Under the pieces are notes generated by a model. The model worked only from the letters and a program-made list of their open reading frames with translations. It searched no databases and was not told the origin of the DNA. DNA of 64,000 nucleotides. Source: Lingula anatina. Lineage: Eukaryota > Animalia > Brachiopoda. This document shows positions 50,601-64,000 of this stretch, piece by piece. The first letter of the stretch is position 1, and each line of letters starts with the position of its first letter. A program made the position numbers and the translations under genes. The DNA lies in NCBI GenBank assembly GCA_051362555.1, contig CM120642.1, positions 2,232,001 through 2,296,000 on the forward strand. The letters run 5' to 3'.

Positions 50601-53600
50601 TAATCCATTCAAACCCTAAACAAACTGTTCTTAAATAGAGGTAGGGTCAAAATTCCACAAAAAAGGACGCCATTTTGAGGGTTATTTCGATATATTTTCT
50701 GCTTTTTCTATTTTTTTGCTTTTATAACAACATCCTCCTTGCTCATGCAGCTTCTTTGATTTGTTATTGAAACATACACAACGATGTCATGAGAATTTGG
50801 TTGGCTATCTAAATTTAAATAACATTCTTGTTATGGCCCCCCTCCAGTGCACCACTAGCAAAGAATGACTGATATATATATTATTAATACTAAACGTATT
50901 TATTATTCAACACACAATACTTAATGTGTCGCTACAACCACATGCAATAAAATATAAATCAAAGTTAACTCGTAAAATTTAAAGTTCATATCCACTCAAA
51001 TGAAAAGTTCCATTTGGTATAGCCCGTTATATCCTCCATTTTTGAATTTTAGCACGAAAGTTCAGTTATCATATAATGTCAAATCCGTCCTTCTAGACAG
51101 TGCATAGCGATTGTCATCTGCCACTCATTGTATATGGATAAACGTCTTATTCGCGCACGTTGGCATACGTGTAGATAAATGTTCACAGTTTCCTTTATAT
51201 CCACGAATGTCCATGTCCAGCGTTTACGAATATATCCAAAATGAATGAAGCAGAAATGCATGTCAAGAAAAACTTAACTACGTATAACAATCATCATCAA
51301 ACTTGAATACAGTCACATTTAACAGACAAGATTTTAACTTGGCATAGTATTATCCATCCAAATTATTATGATAACAATAAAACATATATGGAACCATGCT
51401 AATAATACGATACTTTGTTCAACAATAATACTTATGCTAATAATAAAAATAATAATAACGCAATCTGGCGTCCCAGATGCTAGTATTTATATGACGTCAT
51501 GCGCACACCTTTATACCTCAAATCCACATATTCAGTTATCCATAACCACATTGATATATGTCACATATGAATCATTTTATTCCTCACAATATATCAAATA
51601 ATATTCACATAAGGTCATTTATCCTTGCAACATTTATACTAATTAACTCATTTGTTCCACTCGATCTTTTGATTGCCAATATAACCACATTATCAACTGA
51701 CAAGATCATTTTAAGAAGATCGTCGAAATGCCAGTGATTAGGACTTTAATTAAGGCAATTTGTCGAGAAAGTTCAAACTATTCTCCAATTTTATTCTTCG
51801 CAACCCGAAAACATAATTTTATTGAAGGGACTTCCAATAAGGTAGATTAATCATAATCTTAATGTTTGCTTGTCACCTTCAAAGGTGCATGCGCACTGTC
51901 GATGATGTTTGACATTGCAAGGGGGTAGTGGGCGAAACAGAAGGGGTATTCTTATGAAAAGAATTATGATTCATCATCTGAAATTACGCAGACTGTAAGT
52001 CCAGGAGCCCTAAACCGAAACAAAGTGCAAGAATAATTAGTATTGCCTGAAATTAAGGTGAATGCCATTTAAGTGTCATATCCTGTAAAAGAAAATTTAA
52101 AAAGTCGTTATGATGGATATTAAAATTACAAGAGTAGGCGAACAACGAAAAATTCATTCGCTGCCTGGCTAACCTGGAAAAATAAACTATTTTATCAATA
52201 TTGATTAGTGCAACATTTTTGTTCAAGTCAACAAAAAAAAAAATATTTTCAAATGCAGTTCTCCGTCTGTCACGAATTTTTCAACAGTGAAGTGAGATAT
52301 CTCAGCTGTTGGCATCTGTTCAAACATTCCGCAACCTGTAAAATTCTTAAGGTCAATAGATGCATAAAATGTAAACGGAAATGAATTTACTTAATAAACA
52401 TAAGACGTATCAAAAGATGGATAATGTTTACATTTATCTAAATTAGCAGGTATCGGAAAATATAAGACATACAAAATATATTCACCAAACAAATTTTATA
52501 ACGAGTCTACAACCAATTCAAATTATTTCTTTAATCAATACTCACACTTACTTACGTGAATCTTTTACGGATTCCGAGGGAAAATGAGGGACAACCATAT
52601 CGCCGTTGAACTCCTAATAGTATTGTCCTAGAAAAGACTTAGCGTACATGTTTAAAAAACAAACGTCAATGGCATTGACATTGAAGAGGATCTTTTAATA
52701 TTTTCCATAAAAAGTTTAATGACATCACTTTAAGATAGTCTCTTTATGAATATATCTTAATTCTATCCAATTAGAATTCAACTTCGTCGCGTTTGCTACT
52801 CCCATCTTACTGTCCGTCATACAGCGTATTAATGTCAGTTGCGTCTGTTCAACAAATTTTAAACGGGCGTGTTCTATTTCATTGACACACCCCCTACTTA
52901 ATTTTCTTTCCCGTCACTTTAATATTATTCTCTTTAATGTCACCTCGTTTAGTTTTTAATTGGATCCCTAATATTCTAACCAAAAGGGAATCCATTTCCA
53001 ATAAGATGCTGTGCTTCAACTTTTTATCTGACGCGACCTCGTAAGTCTTTTACTTCAAATAATTCATCAGTGGTCTGGGACAAATTTGCTTGTCCTGCAG
53101 TCTCATTTTCTCGTTTTTCTTCATTTTTTTATTTTTTTCTTACTCTCTTTGTTTATGGGCAAAGTAAGCAACGAAGCCCTGGAGTTATTTTGGAGGAACT
53201 TTCCTTGTCAAACATTCAACACAAGAACGAACATAATGACATCTGTAAATGACCTTTTCCTAAAGTAAATAGTGCGCGTAATGGTAACTACGTGTTTTGA
53301 ATAACCCTATGACCGATTGCATTGTCGTGTAAACTAGACAAAACTTTGTACTCTAACTTGTCTGAAAAACAAGTTGCAAAGAACCTCCTGGGTGGGGTGA
53401 TTTCTGCCATCAATTATCACGTTATCTCCCATCTCTAACAACAAGAAGCCAAGCGCCTCTGCAACTAAGTAGAAGTTCGTCTGATGTCAAGTGTGTGATA
53501 ATTGACGCAAGGTTCTTATCTTTACGGAGTTTTTAAAACAATTCCTCTTTAAAACAAATGCCTCGCAATCTTGACATTTTGACAATGTCATATTTTTGTC

Positions 53601-54586
53601 ACCATTCTCTAACTATTAAAAGCATTCCAGACCTTTAAATTCGTTGCCACTCTGTTTTAAATTAACGTAAAGTACTTGTGCCGAGATAGTGTCTAACATA
53701 TGTATTCTGTTCAAACATGCATCATTAAAAAAACTGTGCAGGGTCATTATGTTTTTTAAGTCTTATTCTTCAACGTTTTCCTCATGGTAAGGGCGGCGGT
53801 TAATCGCAAAAAGCATTCGCGAGGTGTTTACCTTTACTCTGCTTAATTGAAATCTGTTAAGGGATAAAATAAATAACCAATAATTCATTACTTCTAGAAA
53901 TTCGATAACATTCAAATGGGCATGGAATTCTGGCACTGCCTTACACTTTGTCAACGCGAATATCAGTTACTGAAACTATGTACCCTTAATACCTGACCTC
54001 CTCTCGCGCAATGAAACTATTCAGATAATGCTAACTTTGCATTTCTCAGCCTTGTTTACCTCACTAAAGGCAATATTTGAAATTGTGGCTGGCTTTCATA
54101 AAGTCATCTAAATATCACAAAAAGCATTTTCTAAAATAATCGTTTAAAGCAATTGTCTTACCTTCCATTTTATGTTTGTCCAATTCCAATCTCCCATCTA
54201 GATACTTTGTGTTCGCCTGCATATTTTCGTCCGGTGATCGTTCTCTCTCTTTTCGACAAGACTTATGATGTCAAACATCTATGTTTATATTTTGCATCCT
54301 CCACCATTTGTGACGAAGCTATAGGCTTGTCTTCGTCATGTTACGCGAGGTAGCAAATACAACTCAGATATTATCTTTCTTATTATTTATTGAACTACTG
54401 TCCAGTTATTACCCGCGCCGCTTCCTTCATTTCTATTCCTACCTCATGCAATCTGTAGCGGCCTTCTCTCTGTTTACACTAAGCGCAGTTGTATAAATAC
54501 CATAAGAGCATGTCAATCAACTTAAGTTACTCTACTAAACACTCCCCGCTCTTATTCACTGCATGCTGTCACTTACTAACATTACA
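47692..54586 (-). mobile_element. Non-autonomous LTR retroelement (LARD-like), 6.9 kb
   Basis: 278-bp TG..CA LTRs (47692-47969, 54309-54586) with one visible mismatch, 4-bp TSD ACCC, PBS TGGTGGAGGATGC (tRNA-Ala-like) and no long internal ORF. Confidence 0.9.
48742..50869. mobile_element. TIR element nested in the LTR element
   Basis: GTCATTCTTTGCTAGTGGT / ACCACTAGCAAAGAATGAC in TA-rich flanks. Non-coding. Confidence 0.6.
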
Positions 54587-55429
54587 ACCCCACAGATAAA
54601 TTAAAGCCAGTATAGACTAAGAACAGGATACTTAAAAAATTTAAAAACTAAAAAGATGCTATAAATTAAAGTATTCTTTAAATAAAAAAGTTTTTAAATT
54701 CTTCTTAAAACAGTAATATGAGTCATCCAGAGACACATTAGATCTTGTGATAAAATTAGACCATAAAATCGGTGCACAAATCTCGAAACTTCTGTGTCCA
54801 TATGTCTTAAGAGTCTTTTTAGTGTCTTTTCGCTTAAGTTGAAGTTGTCCACTAGATCGGAGTGATCTGATAGGAGTTAAAAGTTCTATGGTAGAGTTTA
54901 AGTAAAATGGACAGTCGCCCTTTAAAATCTTAAAAGTCAAAAGTAATATTTTAAAAACTATTCGTTGAGACACGGGTAGCCAGTGGAGGTTTCGCAGAAT
55001 TGGTGTGATGTGGTCGGACTTCTGAGCTTTACAGAGGAGACGAGCAGCAGAGTTCTGAATTGATTGTAGCTTTTCCATTTGATAGTTAGGTATTCCAAAC
55101 AATAGGCTATTGCAATAATCCAGTCTAAAGTAGATCGATCTAATCTCTGGAAATGGGGTCTAAGTTGTAATTAGGATAAGAAATTAGATCACCCTCCCAG
55201 TGGGCAAATTGGCATTGGATCAACGATGAAAACAGGTGAATACGTTGAATTGCTGTTGATCTCCCTAAATTCAAGGTAAAACCAACGTTGATCCACCCAT
55301 GTCAAAACACCGTCATAATGTGACGTTGACTCAACGTTGTATTTTGGTCATTGACACAACCTTGCACTTAGGATTGTAATTTTAAAAATTAATTATTGAA
55401 AACATGATACTTTTCTTTTTCACGAAAAT

Positions 55430-58400
55430 TAATACAAGACACTTACAACACAATAACAGACTGAAACACCTTCCACACACCATTCACGCACTGCAAACAA
55501 AGTACTTACAAATGTTGATTAAAAGTACAGGTAGACTTTTTTTTAGATAAAAGAATCTGAGTAGGCCTAGGCTACCACAAATGTTCTTTTCTATTCATAT
55601 CAATATTTTTTCTATACTGTCCCATTTTTTTCTTAGATTATCTGCCTTTTGAGGACCCAGTAGGTATAAAGAGTGAAAATCTATTTTCTTTTGCTTTTCC
55701 AAATACTTTTTGCAGGCATTCCAAAGAGGTGTAATTTTATTCTGTCTACATAGAGTGAAATATTTCTTTATATAGAGAAGTAGTAGATTAATACCTAAGA
55801 GAGGGCTGTCGTCCAGGATTCCAAATATAAACAGGCATGGTTGTTGTTGTACTTCAACAGAGTACTGTGTACGTAGGTTCTGAATGAGACAAGTCCAAAT
55901 AGCTTGAACATACGTACAGTCCCAGAAAATATGCAATAAAGTTTCTTTTGGGTCATTACAGAAAGTGCATCGCTCATGTTCTAATATATTATATTTAAAA
56001 AGCATCGAATTCGTAAAATAAATTCTATGTAAAATTTTAAATTGCAATGTGAGAAGTTTATGATCATTTGTTTCTCGAAAGGGCAATGCATGAACTAGCT
56101 TCCACTTTTCACTTGAAAAATCAATGTTCAGCTTTTCCCTCCACTTATCATGGATGTTAAAAGGTATTGCTTCCTTATCTGAAATAAATTTCGGGTAAAA
56201 AAGTTTCGTTAATTTGTTTTTTGATTTTAATAATACGAGATTTTTATTTGTTATTGCTGCAAGGTTCTTTTGATACCCTCTTATAACAGTTTTCCAGGCA
56301 GAAGGTAAAGCGCTGATGACGCCTTGATAGTCAAGGAAATTACAATCTATATTATATTCATCACAAAAAACGTCTAGACTTTTTTTTGAACCAGTATTAT
56401 CAGTCAGGTCATTAACGTAAAGCACTCCTTTTCGAAACCAAGGTTTATAGAAGATTATCTTTTTATTGATCTTAATATGATCATTTTCCCATAAAGGTTG
56501 TGCTAGGATATCATCCGGAGAAGTAGTAGAAAATTCTTGCACAGAAGCCCATACTCCCAAAATCTGTTTCCAGAAAGTGTTTAGTATATTAATATTGCGT
56601 ATAGACTGTAGGCCCATCAGTGGAAGTAGCAATACGTCAACTCCCCCGATTTCCGCAATCTCATCCATCAAAAGAATTTTCCACGAAGAACAATTATGTG
56701 GATTTACCAATTTCTTTAGCCATATCAATTTAAGAGCTTTACAGAAGGATTTCACCTCGGGGACCTTTAATCTACCGTTTTCATAAGAATTAATCATAAC
56801 ATTTCTCTTAACTTTATCTATTTTACTGTTCCAGATAAAGCGATAAAAGACTCGCTCCAATTCTTTAAAGAAATGATCAGCAGGCATAGGAAGGACAATT
56901 AATATTTGGATGATGGTAGGGAGTGCCAAGGATTTTAAAATAGTTACTTTACCTAGGAGTGAAATATGACGGAACGACCAATCATTTAACAACGATTTGA
57001 TGGAATGTAATTTTTCTCTAAAATTTTCTTCATAAATGTCCTCCTTTGCTAGGTTATACCAAATACCCAGTAGTTAAAATTTCCCACTATGATTCCAAAA
57101 TATACTTTTAGAGGTTTGATACTCCTCACCACAGCAGCGCTTTGCTCCAATCCAAACAGCCTGGCTTTTTTCAAAATTTATTTTCAATCCTGAACATTGA
57201 GAGAACAATTCTAGCATATCCAGAGCTGCATTCAATGACTCTCTATCATCTGCTAGATTGGGGAATACCAGCCCGCTTGGCGCCAGGTGTCGCTAGTGTG
57301 AATTCAGTCCTTCCTAGGTCGCCATGTTGGATATTGTATACGTTGGACTGTGGTACTGGCCTTAATAAACATGCCTCAGTATTGTTGTGTACCTGAATGT
57401 CAAAGTCGGCAAGGTGGGCATAATTTTCTTGAGGATTCAGGGCTTCGTTTGAAGTGAAGGGTTGCCCATGTCAACACACCTTCCATGTTAAAGGGTCAGT
57501 TACAACTTGACCCAGGAACAGTAATTAGGCCCCTAAAGATAGACGAGTTGCCTCAAAAAGAATACACGTAAAAAGGTTAATTGATCTTGGCAAAACTTAT
57601 AAAGTTTTGGAAAGAGAGCTCCATAGCAAGAAAGTGCCCCTAGGAAGTATGATTTATCAAAGTGCGTTTTCTTATGTCCGTAATTTCAGAAGAGTTCTCA
57701 GTAAATATATATAAGTCCCGGTAGCCTACTACCCGCATAAGGTTGTGTTATTAAGTAATATCCTTTTTTATTGATGTATTGAGCATGACCGGTAATGTTC
57801 ATTAAATAATTATTTTTATTTAAAATCATTATTCAGTACCTCGTAAGAATCATAAAACTAGGTATAGTTAGATAATTTATTTGTTCATGTATAGATGCAA
57901 TTTCTCAGCCAATGGAATAATGCATGTTTGGAAATCTTTTTGTAACAGTTTAAGAAATAAAATTTAAAGAAAGAAAACATTTTATAAATGAACAGTTTTT
58001 GTTCTTTTTTTTTACAAAATAGCACTTCTGAATTGTTTTACTTGAGTAGAAACACCATATTATTTCATCGCTCTGAAAATTCATTAAAAAGCAGCAAAAC
58101 CAAATATTTTATTTAAACAAAATAATTATTCAGTCCATAGTAAAAACCATGAAACCATATAATACTTAGATAATTTATTTGTGCTATAACTTTCCTGAAT
58201 ATATAGCTGCAATTTCTCAGCCAATGGATTACTGTAGGTATGGAAAACTTTTTGTAACAGTTTAAGAAATAAAAATTAAAGAAAGCAAACATTTTACAAA
58301 TTAACAGTTTTTTGTTCCTTTTTACAAAATAGTACTTATGAATTATTTTACTTGAATAGAACCACCACATTATGTCATCACTTTGAAAATTCTTTAAAAA

Positions 58401-60717
58401 GCAGAAAAACCAAATTATTTGCTGTAAATACAACTAGCAATTTATTTCATCCCGCTAAAATACTTTACAAAATAGCATCATGGGTTTTTTTTCATTACAG
58501 TTAAATATTATTAAAAACAGCATAAACACATAAGTACTTTTGGTAAAGAATATAGCACCACCAAATTATTTCATTTTAGTGAAAACATTTTTTAAAATTG
58601 CACTTCAAAATTATGATTGCAGCTAAAACCATCTCATACAGGGGTACTTTCTATAAACTGGTTGACACATACTTCCTATAGTGTTTTTCATTAAAAAAAG
58701 TTATCCTGGGCAAAATACATGTAGAAAAATATCCAGCGTCAGAATGAATCAACCCCACAAACAGATCTTTGAATGTAAACACAGCAAAATAGCAGAATGG
58801 GCGATTTGTAATGAACATCTGGCCTTCTAACTTAGTATAGTATTCGCGGGTTTTCTTTAGGCCCAGATTCGTGCACGAGATACACATTCCAAAAAGGGGA
58901 AATCGGGTCAGGGTCCAACTGTCATGTGTCTGCAATGGTTTTGGACACAACAATTATTCATACAGTTTGTTCATATACTTCTTCTCTGTAGCTGACATTA
59001 TCTCTCCAAATCTGGAAGCAGTGATCCGCCATTGTCTCTCCTTGTGTCAGATTGCGCTCTTTCCTTGTTGTAACTTGCTATGCTCAGTATCCTTCGCTGT
59101 TTGCTCCTCAACCTGAAATAGTCATATCCCATTAAAGCATGGTAGATGGTTACAGCATTAAATAGTTAAGATACAATTTTATATTTCTATGATGTCACAC
59201 ATCACCTAGTTTGATAATTCTTTCTCATATTTGGGCCTGATTCTTAATATTAGACCTCTGTTTTCACTTACATCATTCCCTCTATCCATGCATTATTGTT
59301 TTCATGGCACTTGGCAATAGTTGTTGTCCATCACAGCCGCCTGTAAGTCAGCTTTAGGGTAGGCATAACTGGTGGCTACATCAATCTTTGCCGCTGATGT
59401 GAAGTGACGGGTAAGATTCCTGAAGTAATCATTTTATCCTGCTCTTGAAGTTGGCTGTCCTGGGGTCCTGAAATCGACAGTTTCAGGCTTTGCCCCCAAT
59501 ATATGGGCCTTCTTTGGGTAACCTTATAAAGAAAAAAAATAAGTACATTTACTAAGCATAAAAAATCTTCGTCTTTCGTGCTACTAAAACAAAATATGAG
59601 CGTAGGCCTACTCGTACCTACAGTAGTCTACATGTACATAACATGTCAGATTTGACACACACACCTCGACTAATGTTCGATTTTTTTCAAGGAAAATAGT
59701 TAGCATTCTTGTTTTTCAAGCACTAAATGAAAAGAAAACACATACCTTTCAGTCAATTCACATTTTCATCCAGATGTTATGGCACCACATTCAAGTAAAT
59801 TGCGTTTGAGTTGGTTCACTGTCAGCGACGCGTGCACACGCTCCATGTTAAACTCTGGTGTAAAGCCGTGAGCGAGATTCTGCGAGATTTAAGAAGGACT
59901 GCTTTCACCCCCACGCCATCTAGCGGCAGACCCTTAAAGCGGGTATTCCCCATTGTGTAATGACGTATTCTGAGTTATTCAGTAAGATCCCTTTTATGTT
60001 TGGATCAAATTTGACCGCCGCGCTGAGCAATTCTATGCAGATAATAAATATGTAAGGGGACAGAGGATCACCCTGTCTAACACCCCGAGTGACATTAAAG
60101 AATTCTGTTAGATGTCCATTATTTTCCACTGCAGTAAAGGGATTTGAACCAGTTTTGAATATCTTCACTAAAATTAAAAAATTTAAGACACTGCAAAATA
60201 TATGCCCACTCTACAGAATCAAAAGCTTTTTCGAAATCTAGCATTAGTAAAATTCCTGAAATGTCATCTTTTTCTGTTTTATGGATGATATCTTGAATAG
60301 TTCTGGAACATTCGCCTATATATATATATAGCAACCTTTAACAAATCCAGCCTGTGTAAAAGAGATGATATCGTCAATGTGTAATTGGATTCTGGCTGCT
60401 ATGCAAGCAGAAGCAAGTTTGTAATCAACATTCAGCAAAGTAAATGGACGCCAATTCTTAAGGAATACTTTCTCCTTCCCCTCCTTTGGTATACACTTGA
60501 TTATTCCTTGGCGTTGAGATGTAGACATTGACTGTACTTCAAAGGATTTATTCAGTGACCTAAGCGGAGGCTCTTTTAGATCAGTCCAAAAGAATTTATA
60601 AAATTCTACCGTATAGCCATCTAAACCAAGAGATTTTCCATTCTTCATTTTCTTAAGTACTTTGAGACATTCTGTTTGGGACAGAGAGCCATTCATAGTA
60701 ATCTTTTTGGAGGTCAC
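55430..60717 (-). mobile_element. L1/Tx1-clade LINE, 5'-truncated ORF2, interrupted
   Basis: GLDGYTVEFY, NWRPFTLLNVDYK, LDFEKAFD, GVRQGDPLSP, split (Q)LADD, and a 465-aa C-terminal ORF (55595-56992) with a zf-RVT CTFC..H..C motif. Confidence 0.92.
57260..59951 (-). mobile_element. GGGG..CCCC-ended DNA transposon (ISL2EU/Harbinger-like) with a decayed spliced SAP-YqaJ gene
   Basis: TIRs GGGGAATACC / GGTATTCCCC with ATT on both flanks. SAP-like exon SLTVNQLK..GAITSG*K.EL.ER at ~59746-59846; YqaJ motifs *HKERQWRITASRFG (~59010-59045) and YY..GQMFIT..CYF (~58780-58850). Confidence 0.72.
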
Positions 60718-61107
60718 AGGTTGTAGGGGGGGGGGGGGGGGAGGGTCATATTAATTTTGTATATGATGCACTTTTTTACATTCACAAAGATGCATATCAA
60801 TGTGAATAAAGAAACAGAACAGTCTTTTGCCACAACATTTATTGCCTTTGTGATTACTAAAGCTTATAAATATGTAAGAAATTTTAGATGCATTTCAAAG
60901 CTGCTGGTGACAATACTACAAACAAGTGGCAAACATTGGCTAAGTGTTAGACTTATTTGTACTTGCTTTTTATCTGAACATAATAATTTTATTCACATAT
61001 ACATAAACTATAAATCAGAAATATGAATTTTGTCCAAGTTCTTTAAATGTCAAAAATAGTAATGACAATTACTAAATATGACAGAAGTGAAAAGTAAGCT
61101 AATACAA

Positions 61108-61314
61108 GATATGCCAGCTTCAGTTAGAGGTGCTCAAGGCATATATCACGAGGGTGGAAGCTAGTTTCTTATTTGACATAAGTAGAGTGAAAGTACTCAC
61201 AGTTCACAAAAAAAGCACCCCTAAAACCTAGTAAAACATATATTACAACAGTCGCATATAACAACTCTAAAGCTAAGTATGTATTTTCTACTATATACGT
61301 TATGCCAACACACA

Positions 61315-61346
<32 letters not shown>

Positions 61347-62495
61347 GCCACAAAGAACTAATACAATTCAAGGAATAGCAGTATAATACATGTATATTAT
61401 AATAAACGCATATGTAGTATACTGCTATTCCTTGAATTATAATACACGTATATGTAGTTTACTGCTATTCCTTGAATTATAATAAACGCATATGAGTATA
61501 CTGCTATTCCTTGAATTATAATAAACGCATATGAGTATACTGCTATTCCTTGAATTATAATACACGTGTATGTAGTATACTGCTATTCCTTGAATTATAA
61601 TACACGTGTATGTAGTATACTGCTATTTCTGGAATTATAATACACGTATATGTAGTATATGTAGATATGCCAGCTTCAGTTAGAGGTGCTCAAGGCATAT
61701 ATCACGAGGGTGGAAGCTAGTCTCTTATTTGCCATAAGTAGAGTGAAAGTACTCACATTTCACAAACAAAAGCACCCCCTAAAACATAACAAAACATATA
61801 TTACAACAGTCGCATATAACAACTCTAAAGCTAAGTATGTATTTTCTACTATTGACGACATGCCAACACAAACATTAATAAGAACGCAAAAAAAAATAAA
61901 AAAACAAAAAAAAACAAGCAACAAAGAACTGAAACAATTCAAGGAATAGCAGTATAATACATGTATATGTAGTATACTGCTATTCCTTGAATTATAATAC
62001 ACGTATATGTAGTATACTGCTTTTCCTTGAATTATAATACATGTATATGTAGTATACTGCTATTCCTTGAATTATAATACACGTGTATGTAGTATACTGC
62101 TATTCCTTGAATTATAATACATGTATATGTAGTATACTGCTATTCCTTGAATTATAATACATATATATGTAGTTTACTGCTATTCCTTGAATTATAATAC
62201 ACGTGTATGTAGTATACTGCTATTCCTTGAATTATAATACACGCATATGTAGTATACTGCTATTCCTTGAATTATAATACACGCATATGTAGTATACTGC
62301 TATTCCTTGAATTATAATAAACGCATATGTAGTATACTGCTATTCCTTGAATTATAATACATGTATATGTAGTATACTGCTATTCCTTGAATTATAATAC
62401 ACGTATATGTAGTATACTGCTATTCCTTGAATTATAATACACGTGTATGTAGTATACTGCTATTCCGTGAATTATAATACATGTATATGTAGTAA
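61108..62495. repeat. Two ~290-bp direct repeats, each followed by a 40-bp satellite array
   Basis: 61108-61395 resembles 61664-61965. Unit GTAGTATACTGCTATTCCTTGAATTATAATACACGTATAT, about 6 and about 13 copies. Confidence 0.9.
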
Positions 62496-62722
62496 ATAAT
62501 GCACTGCCCATGAGCCCAGTAAACAAGATAGCATGGCAAGCCATAGGGAATCGTAGGGGGTAGCAGTCCATTATTTATTATACATACAATTTGAAATCGT
62601 ACGTTTCTTCCTTAAACTCCTAATTTTGACGGCGCTGATATCAGCACCATGGTGTGTATAATTCACGATCTATGTATCACACACAAGCTCAATAAACAGC
62701 TTCCACAAGACCTACACTAAGC

Positions 62723-62941
62723 TCATATATATACATGTTGCTCTATCAGACTTTTAGTCAGGGGGAATTCGCCCAACACATGATCTGCTATTTGCACTGA
62801 CACCCAGCAAACACAGGTACTATCCTCTCTAGTGATACGGTCCCACTGCCCAGTCTCTATAGCTGGGTTATGTGACAAAGTGCAGAGACATGTGAATGTT
62901 AACTTCTTGTGCTCAGTGTCTCTGAGTATGCAGTAATCCAA
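62723..62941 (-). pseudogene. CR1-like LINE ORF2 C-terminal fragment
   Basis: LSHNPAIETGQW.RI.REDSTCVC..VQ..HVL..PLT resembles the SHxLxIETGR..RLC..EEH motif at CR1-like LINE ends. Confidence 0.6.
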
Positions 62942-64000
62942 TTTTCAATGAATTTCAAATTATTTCTTCTTCACAAAAGACTCTTGTCTTACTAGCTACC
63001 CATAGGTTTCGTGTCAATTTAAAGACACAAGTATGGTAGATATTTATAGGAAAATTACAAATAAAATCTTAAATTTTATTTTAAGGGATTTTTATATAAT
63101 AAATTAAACTGATACATTTACAGCTCTGGTGCATAAGTAATAAGTTTTTTCAAACCCATGATCTCCTGTCAAATATAAGTCACAGTTACTTCTATAACAT
63201 AGTAACTGATAATGATTAAATACAAAATAACTGGTATTAGTATTGGTATAATACAATTGAATACAATGTATGCAACACAAACAAAAATGCAAAGAAAATA
63301 GAACTCAAACTCACTAAGAGCTATAATTACAATACAGTGGATAGCAGATGTATTAAATAATGCTTTGCCTACAAGCCTGGTAAACTTGATTGCATGCCCA
63401 ACTATAGCGGAAATTTTCAATTACTAAAGGAAAAAGACATGTTGCTAATACGAAAATCATCATAAATCTTCAAATATATCAAATGTCAATCCTGTTAATA
63501 TAAATTTTTGTTCATATGGTAATATGCCAAACAATGCGACCAAGATTAATTAACTAATTTCATGGAAATGTCATTTTCATCAAATTGATTAAAATATAGC
63601 AATGGAAACCTATATCGTTCGATTGTTTGGGGCATCTGCCAAAACTTTCATCTTACCAAAAGTATTGCATTTTAAACAGAAGTGTTACACAAGATAAGCT
63701 GCAATTTTTGCCTAACACGTGTTTCAGGCAAGTTTTATACTCCTTTTGAAATCTTATTTTGCTGTGTACAATATGTGCTAACATTACTTAACGTTCAAAC
63801 AGAAGACGATTATAATTTCTATCTATTTATTTTCCTCACCGACCATCATTTTCATGACCCGCTTCACAAGTGGGACGAGTATTTCCCTGAAGACAGGTGT
63901 TGTTAACAATGCCCGGTCACAGGGGGGGATGGGGGGCTTCCATCTGGGGACCCCCTGGATCTGCCCCTGTTTGGATGTACACGTAACCAGTGAAGGATGA

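Larger units (their letters stand above)
47606..55128 (-). mobile_element. L2-clade LINE 3' fragment, split by the LTR element
   Basis: ORF 54659-55102 with (DYCNSLL)..LQSIQNSAARL..HITPIL..LHWLPV. The 3' UTR continues across the ACCC TSD to a stem-loop-like sequence and a (TTA)n tail at ~47606-47690. Confidence 0.8.

Noticed and set aside
61395-62495. 40-bp repeats as a CRISPR array
   Set aside because: No spacers; a simple tandem satellite.

Overview
AT-rich, repeat-dense animal genomic DNA, probably from a marine invertebrate (inferred from the repeat types; not certain). The only host gene I can support is a TRAF2-like RING/zinc-finger gene on the minus strand, with three short coding exons (32710-32858, 31145-31205, 19949-20053) that the ORF track misses. 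Intron 2 of this gene contains a 47-bp satellite made by tandem amplification of the exon-3 splice acceptor. Inside that satellite sits a complete 9,440-bp Maverick/Polinton-type element (20521-29960) with ~955-bp TIRs, AGTAGT termini and a 6-bp CACCTA TSD. It carries a disrupted protein-primed PolB, an intact single-BIR (IAP-like) gene and a heavily decayed integrase, but no recognisable capsid, ATPase or protease gene. On the TRAF sense strand its two junctions form a consensus GT-AG intron whose removal would restore the empty site exactly. The rest of the window is nested transposons: Tc1, Ginger1-like CCGG-targeting elements, Academ-like, EnSpm-like, piggyBac-like, Gypsy, a young non-coding LTR element, L1/Tx1, L2 and CR1-like LINEs, a SAP-YqaJ element, a second Maverick ATPase relic and several satellites. 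All calls are by eye, with no database search.
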